Shown piece by piece: positions 33,556-48,063 of a stretch of DNA of 64,000 nt (its first letter is position 1; each line of letters opens with the position of its first letter). A model generated the notes under the pieces. The model was not told the DNA's origin. It ran no database searches and saw only the letters and a list, made by a program, of their open reading frames with translations. The stretch comes from the human T2T-CHM13v2.0 reference genome, Homo sapiens. The stretch is from contig CP068257.2 of assembly GCA_009914755.4 (NCBI GenBank), positions 30,592,001 to 30,656,000 of the forward strand, written 5' to 3'. The translations under genes were made by a program, and so were the position numbers.

Positions 33556-36468
33556 GAACAAACGTGTTTACGCCTGGGGTAAGTACATTTAATAGTGTAA
33601 AAGTTCAGTCATTTCCATCTATTTTATCTCATCCCTAACTGGCTATGGATGGTAAACTCAGTTGACTTCTTTGAGGATAACCATAAATGTGTTTCACAAG
33701 CTTACTGATGTCTACTTTTAGCGAATTTCTTCAGGAAACAGAAGATTCATTATTAAACATTTTTTTGATGTCTACTATGTTGGGATTGTTCTCCCCAGAA
33801 ACCTCGTGTATTGCTGCTCAAACCTAAAGAGAATTACTCTACTCTTTACTGGACAAAATCACAAAACCATTGACTGGGCCACCCCAAATTGTGCTCCCTC
33901 AGAGAGTACCACTGCCTCGAAGTCTTTTTAATCTATTTCTGCTTGATCTATCATCAAATTTCCCTGAGCTGCTGTTCAAACCTGTCCACATTTCTTTCAT
34001 TTCTCTATTCCATTCCCACCCGACTCAGTTTCATCGGATGACTTGGCATCCTCCTCTCTCACTTGAGCCTCGTGGCTGTCACACTCCGGTAGCTAAGGCC
34101 ACCTTTGTTCAATGGCTCTCTACCGGGAGGCATAAAAAGTACGGTGACACGTGTGCTGGTTTTCCCGGGACAATTGACATCTGTCATCCCGACTTAATTA
34201 TTAGACATTCCCTGTTTCGCGAATGTGCCCTGATTTGGACAATAATTTTTATAGTCCTACTAATGATGAGAAAAACATTGAAGATGGAAGCTGTTCTCAG
34301 TGGGGACTGTCCCTTGCCCCTTTTTCGGCCTCTGTGTCTTGGCTCATGCTAATCTTTCTTGTACTCAGTGACAAAAATGATCTCTTGTTCCTGTGAGAAT
34401 TCTGACTTTATTACTTCTTAATCTGCATGATCATCTAGTGCTTCTCAGACTGATGATCTGTGTATATTTTCTTTTAACCACCCATCTCAAACAGTTCAAT
34501 TCAAATCCTCATTTCAGAGCTACAGAAAAATGCATGTGAATAAGACTCATTCTTACAGAGGAAAAAAAAACAGGCTAGAACGAAAGTCTGCTCATTCACA
34601 GATTGTTTTCCCCCACCCTGGCTCCCTTAACAGCCACATCAGGACTGGATTCTCCCAGGTTTTCCTTCAGAGTGGAGAGAAACACAGCAGTTGTTGCCTT
34701 GGAAACTCTGTCCAGGGGCTGGCATCACGGGACTTGGCTCGCCTGCTCTATGGCTGACATCCAAAGCTGACTCACTTAAGTTTCGACTGGTTATGGCTTC
34801 GCTAAGGGGGACATAGCGATTGAGGAGAGAGGACAGGGGAACTTGAGCAAGTGAAATGACTATAGCAAGACATCTGTCTTCTTCACAGAGAGTAACTCAA
34901 ATGATGGCAAAAGGAATAACCAGTGCACTTTAATAATGAAGATTCTTGGTGAAATGTTGGCAGCCAGAGATGCTGTTAAATAAAATGTTCACGTGCCCAT
35001 GTTTTAATCCAGTTCAGAATTCCATGAGCTGATTCAAGAATTTCTTCAAGACATGCACCTGGTGCCACCTACAACTGTTCATTACACAGCAGCAGCAAAT
35101 GTGGGCGGCTCTTCTATTCTAAGCTTCTTTTGTGGTCTTGGTTCTCTAATGGGCAGAATATTGTCTATGTCCATCAGATTACAAATGCCTTAGATGAGCC
35201 TCTATCAGCTATCAATCGAGGTTTCCATTTCAAATCAATACCTAATTAAAATAACAAAACATTTCTGATTGCTTTTTTAGATTACTTTTAAAAGGAAACC
35301 TACGGAGCATCCTAATCCAACCCCTTCTTTCTACAGATGAGGAAACCTAGCCTGGGAGATGGACGCCAGGGATGTGAAATTGCTCCAGTTGTTGGAGGCT
35401 CCGTAGGACACACACCCCAAGGCTCCAGGACTCCCAGTGTGCTGGAACCTCACAGAACTACCACTTTGCCTCTGCATAATCACTTAATGCACGAGTATTT
35501 TTTTAATCTGTTTCAGCAAATGGAAGTCTGGCATAAAATGTAGTTGCCTGAGTTCACTTTAAAGCTTTGGACAATGTTGTCGTCTAAATAATGTGCTTTG
35601 GATGTCTTGACCCATAACAAGATAGCACTGTTCCTTAATCTTTCCAAAGGAATCTATAGCATTAATACAGATAGAGGGTTCCTGCCAAGTCTCGTGTGAG
35701 TCAGACACATTAGCAAGGTGATCAGAAATGTCCTTATTCCGGAAGACTGCCACCTCTCAGCCGGCAACTCCAAACTGAGCTGGCAAACACAGCATTAAGG
35801 ACTCAGAAAGCATTGGGGGAGGGGATTTAGTAACAAATCTGAGTCATGAAAACAGAAAACGACTGAAAGAGAAAACATAATTAACTTCCAGTGTAGAATG
35901 CTAGTGCCTTGGGGAAAATCCTGTGCAAGTGTAGATGTAAGCAATTTTAGGGACGAATACCGAAAAAGCTGTTAGCAGTCTGATGGGGGCTGCATCGGGG
36001 ACGGGGGGCCTTGACTATTATTTTATTTTAATTAAGAATGTTGGTTACAGGAGTGAAGGGATAAAGTCAGGTTGCAATGAGGCAACCTTCCTGTTGGACA
36101 GGGCCTCCTGCAGCTACTGAGTTTCCCACTGTGGTTGTGAACAGGCTGGACACGATGAATGTTTACATGGTGAAATGCGGCCCCTTGTGGCCTGATTGGG
36201 GAAACAAAACAAAAAGTCCGACTCACAGCCTGAGAGTGATACTAACCTACTTTACAGCATGTCAAACAGTGACACTGAAAAAATGACTACGGTACTCAGC
36301 AAAATTAGTAATCACACCAAAACGCACCAACATATAAAAGAACCATTTTATTCAAGAAAGCCGGGAAGAACTGTCCCCTAAGTCAGCTCGTGTCACACTT
36401 GAACGTGCCTGGGGACCACCTAGCATCTTGTTGCAGCAGCACAGGTTTGGTTCAGCGGGCCTGGATGA

Positions 36469-36827
<359 letters not shown>

Positions 36828-38320
36828 AGGGTCTGCATTTCTGATAAGCCTCAGGCAATGCCCACCCTGAGAGTGGCCAGGGGCTCGAGGGAAGGGTTGG
36901 CCAGGTCTCCTCTGTCAGGGCCTCCTCGCTCCAAGACCGCAGGCCTCTGGAGGGCATTCTCTGCCTCGCCTTGGCCTCCCAGGGGTTACAATTCTTTCCC
37001 ACACCCAAGCACTGAGAAGGCTGGGGAGCCACTTTTCTTTCGCATCTTCAAGCTCAAGGGCCTCCTTACCTCAGCTCAAGGTCATCATTTCCCCCTAAGA
37101 AAGAGTATCCTGTGAGGAGACAGCCCACTCCCTGACACCTTCCTAGCCTACTCTGGACCTTCCTACTTCAGGAAGCAACCATTCCAGGACGGCATCTGAC
37201 TGTGTCTTATGGATTCCGCATTCATGAAAGCCACAGGTTTCTTTCTTGATCACTGAAAGCAGCAGGTGGTTTTCAATGCCATTGCCTCCAAGTCTCCTCT
37301 TGGGATGTGCCTGTCTGAAGGTGGCGTTAATGTGTATCTGCCGGGCTTCTCCCTTGCACCCAGACAGCGCGCACTGAGGCCCACTCCGGCATCTTGTTTC
37401 CAGTGTCAGAGTGGCATTCACACCCCACCCCACCCCCAATCCCAAGAATTCATTGTATTTGGTTATGAAGAAAATCTTTAATACAAAGTATTTTTAACCC
37501 AGTGTGGGAGGAGAAAGACAGAATAAATACAACAGTAGAATGATCACAGATGGGTAATTACACATGTAAATGAGCTCAATTTGGTAAATTTCCTTTGAGT
37601 TCCTATTTACCTGATTAACATTTTATGCTAGCCCCACAGCACCACTGCAGTTTGGGTTACTTTCTTTTTACTCTTATATGTCAATTCTGAAATATGAAAA
37701 GCAATTTTGAATACTTTGGTGGAACCATTTTTCTCAGCTTTTTTTTTTTCAGATTTTTCCATTTACCATCATAACTGGTCTACAAAGTATGAATTGCCTC
37801 CAGTGTACAAGGTCCCACAACATGTTGGATCTCTGGAAAACACAACCCTAGTATTCCAGGAACAGTTCCCACAAAACTAGAATACAAAATCTAAGTAATA
37901 AGGTCAGACCATGCTGAAGTCATTTAAGAATAATGAAGTGGGAGAAATGACATCTGACTGAGAAATCAGCAAGGGCTTCCTGGAGGAAGTGGCACTCAAG
38001 CAAGATCTTGAAGGACAAGTAAGAACTGTATATATACAAAAGGGTCAGGTGTGAGACAGAGAGTACACAGGGCATATCCAGGGGATGTCGGCAGATCATT
38101 AGAAACTCAGGACCAGGGACCCGGGGAGACAATTGAGGGCTGTGGGAATTAGAGACACAGGAATGATCACTGAAATCCTGGCAGGGCGGAAGTAGCCAAG
38201 AGAGACTGCAGAGAGAGAAAGGAGGGCAAAGGCAGAGCCCGGGAGAAGCAGGAGGAAGGTGAACTCCGGCAAAGCAGCAGCAAGGAGGCAGGAGGCCACT
38301 GGGCAAGTCGGACGCCATCA

Positions 38321-38664
<344 letters not shown>

Positions 38665-39744
38665 ATAAACCATACACACTCAAAAGTGCAGATATAATGA
38701 ACCCCCACCCGTGCCCATTCATAAATAATCAGCAGAGATTAAGATGAGGGCCATACTATCCCTTTTGCTGTGTGGTTACTTTACCGACATTTTACCACAA
38801 ACCCCAGGCCCCATGGCATCCAGCCCCTGCATACATCATTATGCCTCGCTCAGAAATGCGGGCAATCAAGAAGAAAATGTTAAAGGGGAGAACAATTTTA
38901 AATTGTTGGAAATTTTAGGGATTTCAGACAGACAGTAACACTTTGTAGGAACTCACTGGCGGCCTTCAAGAGAGTAGTTTCAGCAAGATGCCTGGAGGAC
39001 CAAAAGCCCAGAGTTGAAGTGTTGAGTGGGCAAAGTCAGTGCGGTTAAAAATAAGAGAGCAGTTCAGCGAGGTGCCTGGGCCACGGGAGGGCTCTTTGTC
39101 ACCAAGATGAGACGTAAGTATGCTTGCGGGTCAAGATAAAGAATCAATAGAGTGGTTAGAGAATGAAGATGTGAGTAAACAGATGCTCGATGCAGCAACA
39201 TTCATTTGTTCCATTGAAGATGGAATGAGCACGTATTACGGGGCTGCATTCTTTTTGGCCCAGGCCATGAGATGGATAAAATCCCTGCCCTCGTGGAGCT
39301 AACACTCCAATGGCAGGACAGACATTAAACCAACAAACAAATGTAAAATATAATGCCCAACAATGATAACCGCAATAAAGTAAAATAAATGACTCAAAGG
39401 AGGTGGCACACGACACAGCCAAGAAGACACACGGAGAGGTGAGAGCTTGAAAGAGAGGCCAGACAGTACCTCTGGGCAGAAGAGGGGCTGGGGGATCTGG
39501 TAGCCAGAGAATCTCAAGGGAGGGACAACTGCAGGGAAAGGAACTCATGCTGAGTTCACTGTGTTCTACAGAAGAAAAAGAGAGAAGCTCAGGATTTCTA
39601 AACCCTTCTAGACGCTAAGATTGCTAATACTATATTAACTGACGCAATGTCCCTTTATGTGTTTTACTGCTAAAAAACAAGCTCAGAGTGAGGGAAGAAG
39701 GCAGCCATGCACAGAAGGAAGGCACTAGGTCTGCTTATTAGCCA

Positions 39745-39925
39745 AGTGGGACTTCAGGCAATTTAAAGTCTCTGAGCCTCAGTTTCTGCATGTGTAAAAT
39801 GGGTATGATGCTTCCTACGGAAGAGGGTTCTGTGAGAATGAGGTAGTAACATACATGGAGCCCCAAGCACAGTGCTCCGCACCTCCTAAATGATCGTTAA
39901 GTGCTATCTTAGAAAAGAAAAGCCA
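39745..39925 (+). mobile_element. MIR fragment.
   Basis: 'ctctgagcctcagtttctgcatgtgtaaaatgggtatgatgcttcctacggaagagggttctgtgagaatgaggtagtaacatacatggagccccaagcacagtgctccgcacctcctaaatg' matches the MIR core and 3' half. Confidence 0.65.
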
Positions 39926-40888
39926 TCCCTAGGGAAGCAGTTGTGACAGTCAAAAAGCAGCTGTCCTGTTTTGAGAAAAACCCTTGGAAGGCTTCCTAAG
40001 GTTTCTCCTCAAAATGGCTACATGCTCTTCTTTTTGGTTTGGAAAATGTTATGCAATCAAACACACGTTTTACTTTCTCAAAATTTCTACTGTTCTCAAG
40101 AAGCCCCCAAAATGACAAGCCCCGCAGCTCCTGGTAAGGGTGGACAACGGTTAATGGAGAGAAACGTGAAAGTGACGACATCCTGGAGAGACCTCAATTA
40201 TCCCATTTCCTCAGATCCACACAGTTGGTTCATGGTCTCACTTCCCCCCTTTCAACATTTCTCATTTCCTTTCAGGGTTACGTGAATTAGAAGGTTGAAG
40301 AGCCCTTGAAGGGTCACCTTGTCCATCTCTGCCTTAAAATTAGATAAGAGAAGAACTAAAAACCATGGTGGTAATTGTTCAGGGAAAAAAAGAGTTATAG
40401 AGTTCATTTAATTTTGTTAAGCTAATTAGTAGAGGTCCACAGAGCCAACTTGAATGAAATGAGGCCAGTTCTATTTGAAATCACATTTAGGCCAATAAAA
40501 CTCTAGGCCCCAGCACATCCATTCCTCATCCCAAACTCCCCTCCCTTCTCTACCTTCGAGCTTATCACTGGGATTTAAACAGGTGTGACTATCCCAAAGA
40601 AACTACAACTCTATAGACTGGCCATGACTGCACTCGTGCCCTCGTGATTAGCTGCCTAAATAGTGAATTAGCCTACAGATAGAACTCAGCTCTCACTAAA
40701 AAAATTAATGATCAATACCCAAAATATGTCAGATTAGATCAAAAAATAAGTTATTCTCCCTTAGTTCAAAAGTCATTGCTAACAAATTGTCTCTGGGTGT
40801 TCACTGGCAAGCAACTGCCCAGTTATTTATCCTATCTGGGGAGAGCAAAATAGATGTACATAACATCAACTACTTATATAAAATTTTA

Positions 40889-41313
<425 letters not shown>

Positions 41314-42802
41314 TTAGACGTACTAAACGAAAAGATGTTAGGACTTGTTCTTTTGGGTGTTGAAAAGAGAAGTCACTTTCTCTTTTCAACTTTAAGTCAA
41401 ACAGTATAAAAGGAATACACAGCAATATGCTGCAAACCCAGCTGGGGTCGGGGAAGCCTTCTTTTTTTTTTTTTTTTTTAAGCACTTTCTGATTTCTCAG
41501 GTGTAAATATCCCCATTATGGCCAATTTCAAGCTACCAACAGTTTAATGACCAGCTGACAAAATTCCTGAAAATTTCATAATTGGCTCTCCCCTGCACAC
41601 CACTGGAGCTAGACAAAGAGGTGAGTGGTCTAAGATTTCTTTCATGCCCTGTCTTTTATTTGGTTAGTAAACTCAGTTGTTAAATAAACCACTAAAAAGT
41701 GTGAATTTCATACTGTATAATCACATTTAAACAAGCTTTTAAATATGGTTCTCATCCTAGGTGATCATTAAAACTCAGGTTATAAAATAATATTCGATTA
41801 TATAGAAATATTTTTAGGAAATATTTTAAGTGAAAATAGTGTGACCAGTATGACCCCAAATTTGCATATAAAAATGACTAGAAGGATATACCTCAAAATG
41901 TGAGTAATTATTAATTGTAAGATTATGTGCTTTATTTTCTTCTTTGTGCTTTTTTCTATTTTTCAGATTTTGTGCAATGTTTACAACTGGGAAAAAAATA
42001 AAGCCAATAAATGTTATATAGTTTAGAAAAAATATATAGCATTTCAGATTATGTATAGACTGGCTACAAGACTGAATCAGATTGACTCTATTTAAATAAG
42101 GCTAAATCTTTATCCTTTATTTTTATGATGTTTTACTGCTTTCAAAGTAGTGTCATATGCATTATCTAATTTGATCATCCTTGACGCAGGGAAGACAGGT
42201 TATTATACTTTCATTATACAGATGCAAAAACAGATGATTACATGATTTGCCCCTGATCACATGGCTAATAAAGCAGTTAAACTGGGACTTTGACCCTGGA
42301 TTTCTGGTTGCTACCCCCAAGACCCTCCTTCAAAAACAAGCTGGGGGAAGCTTTGCTCATGGCTCCTTGGTTTAAGAAGTTCCTACTGAAAACCTAGATC
42401 TGATTCTGCAACGGGTCCCTCTCCTGGTCTTGAGCATTTTAAATGTCCCATGCTTGACTAGAATCATCCGGGTAGGACACATGCCATTCAGGCATCGATG
42501 CTACACAGAATGGTGCCTCCAGTGGACTCTTTAGCTTGGAAATGTATGAGCATGACTGGAGAACTTGCCAAGGACAGCACCCACACTCTGGGATGAAAAA
42601 CAGGCACAATGTTCTACAAACATCCAGTTACAACAATCTTTAAAGGCCGCATACCAGGTTCTGGAATCAGTTTCCCTATCTTCTCCCTAAAGAACTAGGG
42701 AGTGCCCTTTATGAGAATGGCCGAAGGAGTAACTTCTGGGGAGATCTGTCTGAAGCCTCTGCTGGGTCCCGTGTGGTTTGGCCTGGGACATCCGCCTCCT
42801 GC

Positions 42803-44468
42803 TGAGAGGTGACAGCGTGCTGGCAGTCCTCAGAGCCCTCGCTTGCTCTCGGCACCTCCCCTGCCTGGGCTCCCACTTTGGTGGCATCTGAGGAGCCCTT
42901 CAGCCCCCCACTGCACTGTGGGAGCCCCTTTCTGGGCTGGCCAAGGCTGGAGCCCACTCCCGCAGCTTGCAGGGAGGTGTGGAGGGAGAGGCACGAGCGG
43001 GAACTGGGGCTGCGTGTGGCGCTTGCGGGCCAGCTGGAGTTCCGGGTGGGCGTGGGCTTAGTGGGCCCCGCACTTGGAGCAGCCAGCCAGCCCTGCTGGC
43101 CCCGGGCAATGGGGGACTTAGCACCTGGGCCAGTGGCTGCGGAGGGTGTACTGAGTCCCCCAGCAGTGCCGGCCCACCGGCGCTGTGCTGGATTTCTCGC
43201 CAGGCCTTAGCTGCCTTCCCGCGGGGCAGGGCTCAGGACCTGCAGCCCGCCATGCCTGAGCCTCCCACCCACTCCATGGGCTCCTGTGTGGCCCGAGCCT
43301 CCCCGACGAGCACCACCCCCTGCTCCATGGCGCCCAGTCCCATCGACCACCCAAGGGCTGAGGAATGCGAGCACAGGGCACAGGACGGGCAGGCAGCTCC
43401 ACCTGCAGCCCCGGTGCGGGATCCACTAGGTGAAGCCAGCTGGGCTCCTGAGTCTGGTGGGGACGTGGAGAGTCTTTATATCTAGCTCAAGGATTGTAAA
43501 TACACCAATCAGCACCCTGTGTTTAGCTCAAGGTTTGTGAGTGCACCAATCGGCACTCTGTATCTAGCTGCTCTGGTGAGGACATGGAGAGTCTTTATAT
43601 CTAGCTCAGGGATTGTAAATACACCAATCAGCACCCTGTGTTTAGCTCAAGGTTTGTGAGTGCACCAATCAACACTCTGTATCTAGCTGCTCTGGCAAGG
43701 ACGTGGAGAACCTTTATGTCTAGCTCAAGGATTGTAAATACACCAATCGGCACTCTGTATCTAGCTCAAGGTTTGTAAATACACCAATCAGCACCCTGTG
43801 TTTAGCTCAAGGTTTGTGAATGCACCAATCAACACTCTATCTAGCTGCTCTGGTGGGGCCTTGGAGAACCTGTGTGTGGAAACTCTGTATCTAACTAATC
43901 TGATGGGGACGTGGAGAACCTTTGTATCTAGCTCAGGGATTGTAAACGCACCAATCAGCGCCCTGACAAAACAGGCCACTCGGCTCTACCAATCAGCAGG
44001 ATGTGGGTGGGGCCAGATAAGAGAATAAAAGCAGGCTGCCCGAGCCAGCATTGGCAACCTGCTCGGGTCCCCTTCCACACTGTGGAAGCTTTGTTTTTTC
44101 GCTCTTTGCAATAAATCTTGCTACTGCTCACTCTTTGGGTCCACGCTGCTTTTATGAGCTGTAACACTCACCGCAAAGATCTGCAGCTTCACTCCTGAGC
44201 CCAGTGAGACCACTAGCCCACCGGGAGGAACGAACAACTCCAGACGCGCTGCCTTAAGAGCTGTAACACTCACCGCGAAGGTCTGCAGCTTCACTCCTGA
44301 GCCACCAAGACCACGAACCCACCAGAAGGAAGAAACTCCGAACACATCTGAACATCAGAAGGGACAGACTCCAGACGCGCCACCTTAAGAGCTGTAACAC
44401 TCACTGCGAGAGTCCGCGGCTTCATTCTTGAAGTCAGTGAGACCAAGAACCCACCAATTCCGGACACA
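42803..44468 (+). mobile_element. HERV9 LTR12 solo LTR (LTR12C-like), about 1.67 kb, plus orientation.
   Basis: Starts 'tgagaggtgacagcgtgctggcagtcctcagagccctcgcttgctctcgg' and ends '...cccaccaattccggacaca' (TG...CA termini). It has the characteristic GC-rich U3, tandem 'gtaaatacaccaatcagcaccctgtg' repeats, 'ataaaagcaggctgcccgagccagc' and 'ctttgcaataaatcttgct'. A putative 4-bp target-site duplication 'ctgc' lies on both flanks. Confidence 0.85.
43440..44120 (+). promoter_or_regulatory. LTR12 U3 enhancer/promoter module: tandem repeats carrying nine CCAAT boxes, a TATA-like 'ataaaag' (44044-44050), and the R-region poly(A) signal 'aataaa' (44110-44115).
   Basis: I counted nine 'ccaatc' motifs by eye between 43500 and 44000 within repeats of about 40-80 bp. 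LTR12 promoters are known to be driven by NF-Y/Sp1 (established knowledge). Confidence 0.55.
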
Positions 44469-44621
44469 CTGCTTCTGGACCCTTACTCCTGCTCACAGGC
44501 AGTGCTTCCCCAGGGCTCATTTACCAGAAACGACCACACACTGGGTTTTCCAATTATAAGAAACAAAAACTTGTTGCCTCAAGTAGTAGGTTTTAGCAGG
44601 TGGATATATGGGACAAGTTAA

Positions 44622-44622
<1 letters not shown>

Positions 44623-44649
<27 letters not shown>
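44623..44649. repeat. (CA)n dinucleotide microsatellite.
   Basis: 'acacacacacacacacacacacacacac'. Confidence 0.95.
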
Positions 44650-44652
<3 letters not shown>

Positions 44653-45893
44653 CTGATGAGACCTCACAGAAAGCCAGAAAAGCCATGCCACCAGGCTTCA
44701 GAGAAACAAGCGGCCCAGGACAGGGTGGCCCACAACAGGGGAAGTCCCCTCTCCTGCCAGTGTCACCATGCAGCACAGACAGGATGCAGCACTCCCACCT
44801 GGACCCCAGCCTTGGAAGTCCCTCTCACTGTGATGGCAAGGCCACCCCTTCAGGGATGCCACAGGTTGAGGCCAAAGATGAAGACTGTCTTATGAAACAC
44901 AGTATTTCCTGGATTGACGTTCAGATGCTTCAGTGGAGACCATGTAATACAAATGTGTGCTGGCTTCTGTCTGCAGCCCAAGGGAGCCTCGTTAACTTCA
45001 TGTGAAGAACCCTAACAGGAATACACGTGCAGAGATGGAAAGGTAATCAAAGGCCCACTCTAGAGGCAGCCACTAAGGCATGAGCTACATTTATCTTCTG
45101 ATCTGTAACAGAATCTTAATTAGTACCAAGATATTAGAAATTACTTTTCATTGGTGAAATGAGTTTTCAAGATGAGTGAACTGGCTACAAATATTGTACA
45201 GCCCCTTCCTTCCCTAGTATGAACAGGGTATAAGGAATCGGGGAGCCAAATTGCCTATGGCTTTGGAATGGAATCTGAAAATGCTTGCTGGAGTACTCTG
45301 TAACCTGCACAACCAGAGAGTCAGCTGAGTCTTGTGGCTAAAATACTCTCTCATCTGTTTAGAATGCATTTTCACACAAGGTGCCACCAAAGCACCTAAG
45401 AGGACAGACACCTGGGACTACATCGAGCTTACTGCAGCTGGATGCTGCCTTGTTGCCAGCGGGTGTTGACGTTTGCTTCCACAGCACCATAGTCTGTTAG
45501 TGGGAGAGTAGCCTGCGAGAGAGAACGCCTAAAGGACTCACTCAACGTTAACTGAGGCTGTCGACAATCTCTCAGAAAGAACAGAAGAATCCTGCATGAT
45601 CCAGTCAATGTGACTTAGGACCTTTTGCTCTGAGAACTTTAGTATTCTCACAAGTAATCAGGGAACTTCGGAGCAAACGCTGAGTTACTCATACCACTGA
45701 GTACTGTTCCGTGACCTCACTCACACCCAGAAACAAAGGGGTCTGGGGAAATTTGGGGTTACCTTTATATTCCTGAGCAGGCCTTCCACACTGCCATGCT
45801 CAGTAATGTGTGGATTTCACAGCACCAGGATTTCTGATCTCAGTTAAATACAATTCAGTTTGTAAAAATCAATCTTAAAGCACTTTGTTTTAA

Positions 45894-45899
45894 TCTTTA
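45894..45899 (-). other. MIS18A: Candidate polyadenylation signal (AATAAA on the minus strand) for the MIS18A 3' end. Low confidence.
   Basis: The plus strand has 'tttatt' at 45894-45899, giving 'agagAATAAAgattaaaac' on the minus strand. It sits about 800 nt downstream of the stop codon. I found no closer canonical hexamer on the minus strand. Confidence 0.3.
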
Positions 45900-46451
45900 T
45901 TCTCTTCAATTAGAAAAATACATACTACAAAAGTTTCACATTATAGAAAACAGAAAAAAACAAAAATTCCCCCAGAATCCCACCCTCAGAGATGGTTACT
46001 CCTCTTTGGTAAGTATTCCTCCAGGTTTTTTAAGCATATAGTAGTACATAAGCAGGAAAAAGTAAAATCCTACTATATATAAGCAACTGCTCTTGAGCAA
46101 GTTTTCAAATGGTTCTGACAGATCATTCTGACCAATTTCTCCAGGGAACTTTATGGATTAGTTTTCAGAGAAGATTCCATGACACTGTGGGTAGACAAAC
46201 CTCTAAGATTTTTCTTATCATTTATAATAAATGTTGTCCCAAGTGTTAAATGTCAAAGTTTTTAAAAATAGTAAATAAATGTGATACAGAGGAAAAAAAG
46301 TTCAGAAAATTATCCCAGTTTCTTATCAAAATCAAAACTCCTAAGTCCCAATTCCAACAAGTACCATAAAACGTCTTTAAAATGCGATTTTGAGAAACAA
46401 TCACTTCTTTATCATAAAATATAGCTATAGAAGTAATTCTACAATTTTGGG

Positions 46452-46640
46452 TTTTTTTTTTGAGAGAAGGTCTCACTCTGTTGCCCAGACTAGAACACAG
46501 TAGTGGCATGACCAAGGCTCACTGCAGCCTCAACCTCCCAAGCTCATCTGATCCTCCCACCTCAGCGTTTCGCATGCCTGGCTAATTTTTTTTTTCTTTT
46601 TTTTTTTGTAGAGACGACGTCTCACTATGTTGCTTCATTT
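46452..46640 (-). mobile_element. Partial Alu (minus): right monomer plus the start of the left monomer. Lies within the presumed MIS18A 3'UTR.
   Basis: 'tttttttttgagagaaggtctcactctgttgcccagactagaacacagtagtggcatgaccaaggctcactgcagcctcaacctcccaagc...gcctggctaattttttttttctttttttttttgtagagacgacgtctcactatgttgc'. Confidence 0.75.
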
Positions 46641-46692
46641 AACAAATAAGGGGAGGAAGGGCGGGGGCAGAATGGAGGACACAGACTAGAGT

Positions 46693-46773
46693 TCAGCTTT
46701 TACAAGTGGCAAAGGACAATTTGGATTCGGCCTCCCACAGCTTCATTTGTAATGCTTTCAAGACATCTTCCAT
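46693..46773 (-). CDS. MIS18A: MIS18A coding exon 5 (last): MEDVLKALQMKLWEAESKLSFATCKS*. The stop codon TGA is at 46693-46695.
   Basis: The reverse-complement translation matches the MIS18A C-terminus as I recall it. Acceptor 'caatag|ATGGAAG'. The 3'UTR continues to lower coordinates. Confidence 0.9.
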   Translation of the reverse strand: MEDVLKALQMKLWEAESKLSFATCKS

Positions 46774-47362
46774 CTATTGAATTTAAAAAATAAAAAAATA
46801 AAGAAACACACATATAATTAAAAATTATACATGGTTAAATATAATTAAGATATACACTTAATGCAATTTTGGATATGTCATACATTACAAGGTAGATATT
46901 CAGTGTTTAACAAAACTATTTAGAGGCATAAATTTTTTAAAAATAAAGCATAATTCTATCAACAGTAGTTCTCAACCTATAATCTACATCTCTTTTATAC
47001 AATCATCACCATCTCACCTATCTGGCAATGAGAAAATGTTAACATCCAACAACAAGGCTATTTATACCACAAGAATTGAATCAAACAAAATACTGATTTG
47101 AATCAAAGATGTATTTCTAGCTTTGCAGTGTTTTAATATATAGTTTTGATTTTGACATGACATGTCTTCCTCATTATTTTGTTGATTAAGCTTTAGCTTT
47201 TGAGTTCCCCAAAAATCAACTTTACTAACAACTGAAATGAAATAAGCACACTCTTCCTGCAATCAACACAGATGACGTTATGAGAATTATCGTTTGTGGG
47301 GGAGCACTTCTTCACTGACAAACTGTTCATACAAAGATATAAAATGTACAGAATAAAATTAC

Positions 47363-47459
47363 CTGTGTTAGAGACTTTTCTATTTCAACTCTGCTTTCAA
47401 GATTAAAAAGCTCTTTATCTTCTGACACAATTTGCTTTTCAGAGGACCCTAAAACATAA
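47363..47459 (-). CDS. MIS18A: MIS18A coding exon 4 (97 nt): (S)[32 protein letters not shown].
   Basis: Acceptor 'cttcag|TTATG', donor 'CACAG|gtaatt'. Overlaps the six-frame ORF 47327..47509 (-). Phase is consistent with the flanking exons. Confidence 0.9.
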
Positions 47460-47487
47460 CTGAAGTACGGTACAAGGTTAAAATACA

Positions 47488-47788
<301 letters not shown>

Positions 47789-48063
47789 CTACTGAACTAC
47801 TTTCAATTTTTAAAAACAACTGAATATACTTTTATTCCAAAAATTTTCTCACAGTGTTTTCTCCTACAATTTAGAGTGTCTGACTTTTCCAATACCAAAT
47901 AAAGAAGGAGGTCAAAGCAAAAAAAAAAAAAAATTACTGGCTTGTTAGAAATCATTACTTGAAAATATATTTAACCAAACAGTATTGATTTAGTTCTGAC
48001 AATTCCGTGCCTTAACTTTCTGAAACACCAGTTGTGAGGTAAACATTTATATATCAAACTTAC

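Noticed and set aside
42809-43485. ORFs of 133-172 aa on both strands (42809..43210, 42967..43485, 43118..43426).
   Set aside because: They fall inside the GC-rich U3 of the LTR12 solo LTR. This is a composition artefact. LTR12 has no coding capacity.
43440-43960. Tandem direct repeats of about 40-80 bp that could be flagged as a CRISPR-like array.
   Set aside because: The units are the well-known LTR12 U3 repeats with CCAAT boxes. The 'spacers' are themselves repeated and there are no cas genes. The host is a primate genome.
44608-45005. ORFs 44608..44895 and 44685..45005 just downstream of the LTR12.
   Set aside because: The first starts in a (CA)n microsatellite ('HTHTHTH' translation). 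There are no coding features. If transcribed at all this would be LTR12 read-through RNA, not protein.
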